Shown here piece by piece: positions 14,829 to 20,000 of a DNA stretch of 20,000 nucleotides. A program made the translations under genes and the position numbers. Each line of letters starts with the position of its first letter. Within the stretch, counting starts at the first letter, position 1. The stretch is from IMG/VR virus record IMGVR_UViG_3300042480_000533; one strand, given 5' to 3'. The notes under the pieces are model-generated. The model did not search any database, was not told the origin of the DNA, and saw only the letters and a program-made list of their open reading frames with translations. Source of the stretch: an uncultured virus (IMG/VR IMGVR_UViG_3300042480_000533) (lineage: Duplodnaviria > Heunggongvirae > Uroviricota > Caudoviricetes).

Positions 14829-15101
14829 ATGTATAGACACAAAGCTAGAAAAGAATCATTTCAAGAAGTTAGGGAAACATGCCCACATGTTGATGCTGCC
14901 TTGGTAAGTGTTGCAGAAACAATCAAAGAACAACTTGATGTGTCTTTGCAGATGGCAGAAAGAAACATTAAGAAACAAACAGAAGCTCTTCGTGATGCTT
15001 TGATTGAGGCTTTTGATCGAGCACTCACAGCGGAAGACCAAGTAGCGGAGCTAGAAAACAGAGTTGCAGAACTTGAATCACAACTGGAGAATCATGCCTG
15101 A
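14829..15101 (+). CDS. Hypothetical coiled-coil protein (90 aa)
   Basis: ATG after the tRNA with an AGGA RBS; heptad-like C-terminus (VAELENRVAELESQLE). Confidence 0.75.
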   Translation: MYRHKARKESFQEVRETCPHVDAALVSVAETIKEQLDVSLQMAERNIKKQTEALRDALIEAFDRALTAEDQVAELENRVAELESQLENHA

Positions 15102-15297
15102 CATAATGAAACGATACCTTGTGTTTGGGTGGGAGTTTCACGAACAACGTGGTGGATTCCATGACTTTCTACGAGATTTCTCTTCCCAAGACGAAGCATA
15201 CCTTTATGCAAAAGCCACTAAGGAATCGCATAAGATAGATGAGTATCAAATTTACGATACCTATAGTGGACAAATCCTAACCCCAGGAAGATATTAA
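15094..15297 (+). CDS. Hypothetical protein (67 aa)
   Basis: GGAGA RBS; overlaps the previous stop. Confidence 0.7.
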   Translation: MPDIMKRYLVFGWEFHEQRGGFHDFLRDFSSQDEAYLYAKATKESHKIDEYQIYDTYSGQILTPGRY

Positions 15298-15298
15298 C

Positions 15299-15553
15299 AT
15301 GACCCCTAAGTACCCAGACATTACCGTTAACCTTGACAATGTGGATGGAAATGCCTTTGCTGTAATGGGTGTTGTCACCCGTGCATTAAGGAAGCATGGT
15401 GTTTCCAAGGAAGAGATTGATGCATACCGTAAGGAATCAATGAGCGGAGATTACGATAATCTCCTGCAGACTATTCCTAAGTGGGTCAATGTCGAGGGGG
15501 GATACCCCGACGACGACGACAATGACTATGATGATCGACAGTACAACTTCTAA
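15299..15553 (+). CDS. Widespread phage hypothetical protein (DGNAFAxMG...SGDYDNLL)
   Basis: Recognisable DGNAF/SGDY motif pair, acidic tail, 84 aa. Confidence 0.8.
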   Translation: MTPKYPDITVNLDNVDGNAFAVMGVVTRALRKHGVSKEEIDAYRKESMSGDYDNLLQTIPKWVNVEGGYPDDDDNDYDDRQYNF

Positions 15554-15566
15554 AGGATACTGATCA

Positions 15567-15953
15567 ATGAAAAAGAAGATTGCAGATATGTGGGTTAATG
15601 CCCTTCGTTCTGATGAATACAAACAGGGTTATCGTACGCTTTGTCGTGTTAACTATGACAACAACTCTAAGACCTATTGTTGTCTTGGTGTTCTTTGCGA
15701 TTTGTATCAGAAGAATCAAACAAAGAACAAAAAGAAAAAGCTTAGCGTGAAACCCGAAACAACTGGTTCTACCGTTATTGCTTTCGATAGCAATAGTGGT
15801 GTACTCCCCCAGGCAGTACAGAATTGGGCTGGAATGTCTTCTTTCAATGGACACATCCCAGGTGGTGGTCCTAATCTCGTTAAAATGAACGATAATGGAA
15901 AGACATTCATTGAGATTTCCGACCAGATCGAAAAGCATTACAAGGAGCTGTGA
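15567..15953 (+). CDS. CCLGVL-family paralog 4
   Basis: WVNALRSDEYKQG...YCCLGVLCDLY...LPQAVQNWAG...MNDNGKTFIEISDQIE. Confidence 0.85.
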   Translation: MKKKIADMWVNALRSDEYKQGYRTLCRVNYDNNSKTYCCLGVLCDLYQKNQTKNKKKKLSVKPETTGSTVIAFDSNSGVLPQAVQNWAGMSSFNGHIPGGGPNLVKMNDNGKTFIEISDQIEKHYKEL

Positions 15954-15954
15954 T

Positions 15955-16485
15955 ATGAATAAGAAGCTGACCAAGGCAGAGATGCGTGTTGCAATCGCAA
16001 AGGATGTGATTGCACAGATCAAGGCAAAGAAGTACAATCCAGTGCAGGGTTGTTGGGTTATCTGGGTAGATGGCCCAGACTATGATGATTGGCTTGTGGA
16101 TAATTCAGCAAATTGTAGGGTTGATGTGCAGAAGTACACCAAGAGCATCAAGAAGTGTAATGTCTGTGCTCTTGGTTCCCTGTTCGTGAGTGCCGTAAAC
16201 AAGTACAACAATGTCTACGGAACCTATATGACCGTTTCAACCGATCAAGTCTTTGATACTTCAGAAACAAACAATCGCAGTCCACTGCTTAGGTACTTTA
16301 CCATCAATCAGATGCGGTTAATTGAGTATACCTTTGAGGGTGGAATGGGGGCTGTTTATTTCGATGACCTTAAGCAAATGAAAGGCAAGGCTGATGCATT
16401 CTACTCTCAGTATCCTGATGACAAGGATCGTCTCCTGGCAATCATGAAGAACATCATCAAGAACAACGGAACATTCAAGCCATGA
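15955..16485 (+). CDS. Hypothetical protein (176 aa) with CNVCALG motif
   Basis: AAGGAG RBS, ATG 15955. Confidence 0.8.
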   Translation: MNKKLTKAEMRVAIAKDVIAQIKAKKYNPVQGCWVIWVDGPDYDDWLVDNSANCRVDVQKYTKSIKKCNVCALGSLFVSAVNKYNNVYGTYMTVSTDQVFDTSETNNRSPLLRYFTINQMRLIEYTFEGGMGAVYFDDLKQMKGKADAFYSQYPDDKDRLLAIMKNIIKNNGTFKP

Positions 16486-16748
16486 TCACCAAGGTTGCTC
16501 AGTCTTATATCTATTACGAAGATAAACTCTTCTACATATCCACCATTAACCGTCAATCGTCTGCAATGATTACTGATCCTCCTTGGTACACAGAAACTTT
16601 TGTATGGGAGCTTGATCCTAATAACCCAACTAATGTTGGTGATCTTGTTCATGAATCTAGTTCAAACTTTATGAACGATATCACCAGTCACTTTGAAACT
16701 TGTATGCAATTCTTTGAGAATGGGAAAGCAAACAAAGAAGATGAGTGA
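16482..16748 (+). CDS. Hypothetical protein (88 aa)
   Basis: ATGA overlap with the previous gene. Confidence 0.7.
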   Translation: MITKVAQSYIYYEDKLFYISTINRQSSAMITDPPWYTETFVWELDPNNPTNVGDLVHESSSNFMNDITSHFETCMQFFENGKANKEDE

Positions 16749-16908
16749 ACCTAAGTTAATTTTTGATGGCGATTACTGTTCTGTTTGGTCAGACAATACA
16801 ATGACCTTCAGTGATGGCGTTGGGTTTGTTGGAACCACAGACCAGAAAGAAACCCATCAATTGTATCTTGCCTTAAAGTTTTTATTTGAAAAGGAATCAC
16901 ACCAATGA
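16741..16908 (+). CDS. Hypothetical protein (55 aa, MSEPKLIF...)
   Basis: Tightly packed between neighbours with overlapping start/stop codons. Confidence 0.6.
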   Translation: MSEPKLIFDGDYCSVWSDNTMTFSDGVGFVGTTDQKETHQLYLALKFLFEKESHQ

Positions 16909-17255
16909 ATCTATCTGTAAATACGCATGGTAATGTTACGGTTTGGGAAACTAATCTTCATACTAATTGGTCTTGGACATTCACCCCAGAAGAAAGCCTA
17001 CGGGTTTTCAATCATCTCGCCAAGTACCACCAGCCAAAGCCAACCATCAGTGCTGAGCTAAATTACCTCAAGGAGTTTGTCACTAAGGTTGTCAAGACAG
17101 AAGTTTTTGAAGATGGATCTGTTAACTACATGATTAGATCAATCGCAAGCAACGATAACTATGTTGAATATCTTGAACTTTCTAAGGAAGCAACCAAGTA
17201 CATCGAATCCATTGCCCGTGACAACCTTATCAAGAAGATTGAATCCCATGCCTGA
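16905..17255 (+). CDS. Hypothetical protein (116 aa)
   Basis: AAGGA RBS, ATGA overlap. Confidence 0.7.
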   Translation: MNLSVNTHGNVTVWETNLHTNWSWTFTPEESLRVFNHLAKYHQPKPTISAELNYLKEFVTKVVKTEVFEDGSVNYMIRSIASNDNYVEYLELSKEATKYIESIARDNLIKKIESHA

Positions 17256-17469
17256 ACAGAAGATCAATGTTAATATCGGTGGGGGCCTCTTGACTTTTCT
17301 TGGTGTGCTGCTTATCATCCTCAAGCTTGCCGAAGTAATCAATTGGTCTTGGTGGATCGTACTTATTCCGCTGTACCCACTAGTTATTTTTCTTGTGATT
17401 CTCTTTGGCCTGTTGTTCTTTGCGGGTTGTGTTGCGGTGTTTTCCAAGGTAAGGGGGGTGAAGCCGTGA
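17248..17469 (+). CDS. Small two-TM membrane protein (LKLxxVIxWSWWxVLxP type)
   Basis: Hydrophobic 73 aa with ILKLAEVINWSWWIVLIPLY, a motif common in phage membrane proteins. Confidence 0.8.
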   Translation: MPEQKINVNIGGGLLTFLGVLLIILKLAEVINWSWWIVLIPLYPLVIFLVILFGLLFFAGCVAVFSKVRGVKP

Positions 17470-17573
17470 GCAATGACTTCGGAACTGGAATCATCTGCGG
17501 TATGTTCATAGCCGTTATCTTTTCATTGGCTGGGGTTGGACTTGCCGTATTGTTTCCAAAAAAAGCAAGGTGA
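17466..17573 (+). CDS. Single-TM peptide (35 aa)
   Basis: GTG start behind a GGGGGTG RBS; hydrophobic core and basic tail (FPKKAR). Confidence 0.55.
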   Translation: MSNDFGTGIICGMFIAVIFSLAGVGLAVLFPKKAR

Positions 17574-17586
17574 AGGGGGTAAATCC

Positions 17587-17871
17587 GTGAGCAATGTGGA
17601 TGAGCACATTTACTTTCTCCGCTTTTTGTTCGACGAAACAAGCGAAAGCGGTGAACGATGTGACGAGATCGCTGACATTTTGAGCCGCTTCCGCGCCGAA
17701 CTCGAAAAGGCAAACGCCAAACTCAACGAGGTGCAACTCAAATGGCAGCGGTTGTATGGCGAGATCGATTGCCGTATAGAGCATGGTGCAAATAGCAATG
17801 GACATCTTGAGGCAATCCTTAAGATGATGCAGAAAATAGAAACAAACATTAAGGAGACAGACAATGACTAA
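17587..17871 (+). CDS. Hypothetical coiled-coil protein (94 aa)
   Basis: GTG start behind a GGGGGT RBS. Confidence 0.65.
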   Translation: MSNVDEHIYFLRFLFDETSESGERCDEIADILSRFRAELEKANAKLNEVQLKWQRLYGEIDCRIEHGANSNGHLEAILKMMQKIETNIKETDND

Positions 17872-18130
17872 GACCGCAGAACAGATCGTCAACCTCAGTA
17901 GCTACTATACCAATCACACCTATTTCGGCAAAGGTTGGCAGGATCGAATGAGTGGATACGAGTGCTTTAATCCGCACATGGTTGAAGACCACGAGATTGC
18001 ACATCTTCCGCACTATGCTCGCATTGCCCTTCAGGATTATGCCTGTGGGTGGAACATGGCAAGTGCAAAGATCACCGAACGCCGCAATGCAACAGCGGCT
18101 GCTGCTACCTATCTCAACGACTATGTCTAA
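17864..18130 (+). CDS. Hypothetical protein (88 aa)
   Basis: AAGGAG RBS. Confidence 0.75.
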   Translation: MTKTAEQIVNLSSYYTNHTYFGKGWQDRMSGYECFNPHMVEDHEIAHLPHYARIALQDYACGWNMASAKITERRNATAAAATYLNDYV

Positions 18131-18140
18131 GGAGTAACAC

Positions 18141-18503
18141 ATGGACAAGAAGATTATGAAGAAGTGGGTCAAGGCTTTGCGATTTGGCAAGTATTGCAAA
18201 ACTAGGGAGGTTCTTTGCAAGGTTGCCGAGAATGGTAACAAGAGTTGGTGTTGCCTCGGTGTTCTCACCGACCTGTACAACAAGGAACATAAGCAAGATC
18301 CGATTGAAATTGATGCTCTTGATGCAGAACTTTCATACGAGGTTAAAGAGTGGTCTGGTATGGGATCTTGTGATGGGAATCTTCCGTATGGCTATGGTAA
18401 TCAATCAATTACATCCCTCGCTGAACTCAACGATTGCAAGAAAAGCAAGCGTTCTTTCAAACGTATGGCAGACATTATCGAAAAGAATTGGAAGGAACTT
18501 TAA
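18141..18503 (+). CDS. CCLGVL-family paralog 5
   Basis: TAAGGAG RBS; WVKALRFGKY...WCCLGVLTDLY...LAELND...SFKRMADIIE. Confidence 0.85.
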   Translation: MDKKIMKKWVKALRFGKYCKTREVLCKVAENGNKSWCCLGVLTDLYNKEHKQDPIEIDALDAELSYEVKEWSGMGSCDGNLPYGYGNQSITSLAELNDCKKSKRSFKRMADIIEKNWKEL

Positions 18504-18835
18504 TGAATAAAAATGTAAAGCACAAGTGGGTCAAGGCACTTCGTAGTGGTGATTACAAACAAGGCAAGGGATGTCTTCTTAACCTTAAAGAAGGAGAAGC
18601 AAATTACTGTTGTCTTGGTGTTCTTGTAAATCTTTTTGAAAAAGAGCACCATCTTCAGTTTAATAAACAACTAAGTGGGTGGGGAGAAAATCACGGTTAT
18701 AAGCTTCCGCTTCTTGTTTCTGAGTGGTCTGGTGTTTCTAATTCACAGGAGTCTGTACTGATGGAGCTTAACGATAGAGAAATTCCCTTTGATACAATCG
18801 CTTGTGTCATTGATCAGTTTCAAGAGGGGTATTAA
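18503..18835 (+). CDS. CCLGVL-family paralog 6
   Basis: TAATG overlap; WVKALRSGDYKQG...YCCLGVLVNL...ELND...FDTIA. Confidence 0.85.
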   Translation: MNKNVKHKWVKALRSGDYKQGKGCLLNLKEGEANYCCLGVLVNLFEKEHHLQFNKQLSGWGENHGYKLPLLVSEWSGVSNSQESVLMELNDREIPFDTIACVIDQFQEGY

Positions 18836-18836
18836 A

Positions 18837-19205
18837 ATGACCGACACAACAAACATCGACACCATGATCGACAGCCTTTCTGACCGCCAGCGCCGCGAGT
18901 TCGCGTTGTGGTGCGCGGAACGAGTCCGCCATCTGATGAGCGACCCGCGCAGCACGACCGCTCTTGATGTCGCGGCTCGGCATCTGCGCGGGGAGGCGAC
19001 GGACCAGGAACTGGCGCGGCGAAACCAGCACCGACATTGCGGAACTACGCGCTCGCATGGATCGAATCGAACAGGCGTTCGTTGCAGTCGATCAACGATT
19101 GCGCAACATCGAAGGGGGCGCAAGTGATTGACCACGACAAAGGCGAGGACGCGGGCGGCGGAAGCCATCGCCGCAATCCGCCGTGCGGAGGAGGCGAAGC
19201 GATGA
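18837..19205 (+). pseudogene. Mosaic/frameshifted gene remnants with an Imm5-like N-terminus
   Basis: FALWCAERVRHLMSDPRSTTALDVAARHLRGEATDQEL is followed by implausible sequence. A plausible coiled-coil continues in another frame (19021-19131), and AAEAIAAIRRAEEAKR* appears at 19155-19205 without its own start. Confidence 0.5.
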
Positions 19206-19504
19206 GTGACACACCGAGGACGGACGCGGTCACGGAGCACTTCTACAACAGCGGTGTTGGTCTTCGCAGCGGGTCTTTCGTGGAAGCATGCGTCGCCCGC
19301 ACACTTGAGCGCGACCTCAACGCCGAGAAGGTCGAGCGCGTCGCTCTAGCAGTCGAACTCGCGCGGCGCACCGCCGAGCGCGACGAGGCGCGGCGGGAGG
19401 CTTGTTGCGACTCACTTTATGTTCGGGCGGGCATTCACACCGCCAAAGAGGCTGCCGCTAGGCGCGGCTGGGACTGCTTCGACGCGAAGGAGGCGAAGCC
19501 ATGA
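19202..19504 (+). CDS. Hypothetical protein (100 aa, MSDTPRTDA...)
   Basis: GGAGGAGG RBS, ATGA overlaps at both ends, GC-rich codons. Confidence 0.75.
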   Translation: MSDTPRTDAVTEHFYNSGVGLRSGSFVEACVARTLERDLNAEKVERVALAVELARRTAERDEARREACCDSLYVRAGIHTAKEAAARRGWDCFDAKEAKP

Positions 19505-19929
19505 CCGACGAACAACGGCAGATTCTCGATATCGCGCTGTTCGACTTGAGTTCGGATAGTGGCGTCAGATGGAGCCGCGAATACATGGCAGAGGTCGCAG
19601 CGGCGCTGCGGGCGCTGCTTGACGAGGTCGCCGCGCTCAAGGCTCAGCCCGACCCGCTCGCGGAGATGTGGGCGGCGCTTGCTGACTATCAGCCGCAAGC
19701 AGACCGAGACGGGCATGGAGAGTCGTGGCGAAGGATGTGCCACGAGCGGACAAACGCTAGCGCGTGGAACGCAGCAAACGCGGCGGCAGAAGCGTTCGCC
19801 GCTAGTGCCGCTGGGCATGCGGCTTTCGCAGTTTCGCGATCTCAGTCGAACGCGACAAAGAATTCGGTGGATGAGGCGGCGCAGTTGGCCATCGCCGCGA
19901 TCCGCCGCGCGAAGGAGGTGCAGCGATGA
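19501..19929 (+). CDS. Hypothetical Ala-rich protein (142 aa, MTDEQRQILD...)
   Basis: AAGGAGG RBS, ATGA overlap. Confidence 0.75.
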   Translation: MTDEQRQILDIALFDLSSDSGVRWSREYMAEVAAALRALLDEVAALKAQPDPLAEMWAALADYQPQADRDGHGESWRRMCHERTNASAWNAANAAAEAFAASAAGHAAFAVSRSQSNATKNSVDEAAQLAIAAIRRAKEVQR

Positions 19930-20000
19930 CCGACGAACAACGGCAGATTCTCGATCTCGCGCTGTTCGACTTGAGTTCGGATAGTGGCGTCAGATGGAGC
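19926..20000 (+). CDS. 3'-partial paralog with a duplicated N-terminus of 19501-19929
   Basis: 74/75 nt identical to 19501-19575; AAGGAGGTG RBS. Confidence 0.75.
   Translation, partial: MTDEQRQILDLALFDLSSDSGVRWS

Noticed and set aside
13643..18835. Diversity-generating retroelement as the source of paralog variation
   Set aside because: No reverse transcriptase in the window and no template/variable repeat pair differing only at adenines.

Overview
Window from an unclassified tailed-phage genome; all credible genes are on the + strand. It has five blocks. (1) 1-7438: the 3' part of a giant (>2478 aa, open at the window edge), cysteine-free virion/ejection-type protein with a degenerate zincin-like motif. 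(2) ~7440-10500: a GC3-rich module of two small genes, each preceded by the same 39-bp element, then a compact (~599 aa) T7-family single-subunit RNA polymerase lacking most of the T7 N-terminal domain, and a 162-aa unknown gene. (3) ~10500-12130: mostly non-coding, with an array of CCC-TTC-GGG mini-hairpins and two densely structured RNA-like elements that share a covarying pseudoknot motif. (4) 12136-18835: AT-richer small accessory genes, including an SSB-like gene, tRNA-Lys(UUU), a 115-nt nested palindrome and six paralogs of a WxxALRxxxY...CCLGVL family. (5) 18837-20000: a GC-rich patchwork of gene cassettes with shared N- and C-terminal modules and a near-exact duplication. All family assignments are from motif recognition by eye; no searches or folding programs were run.
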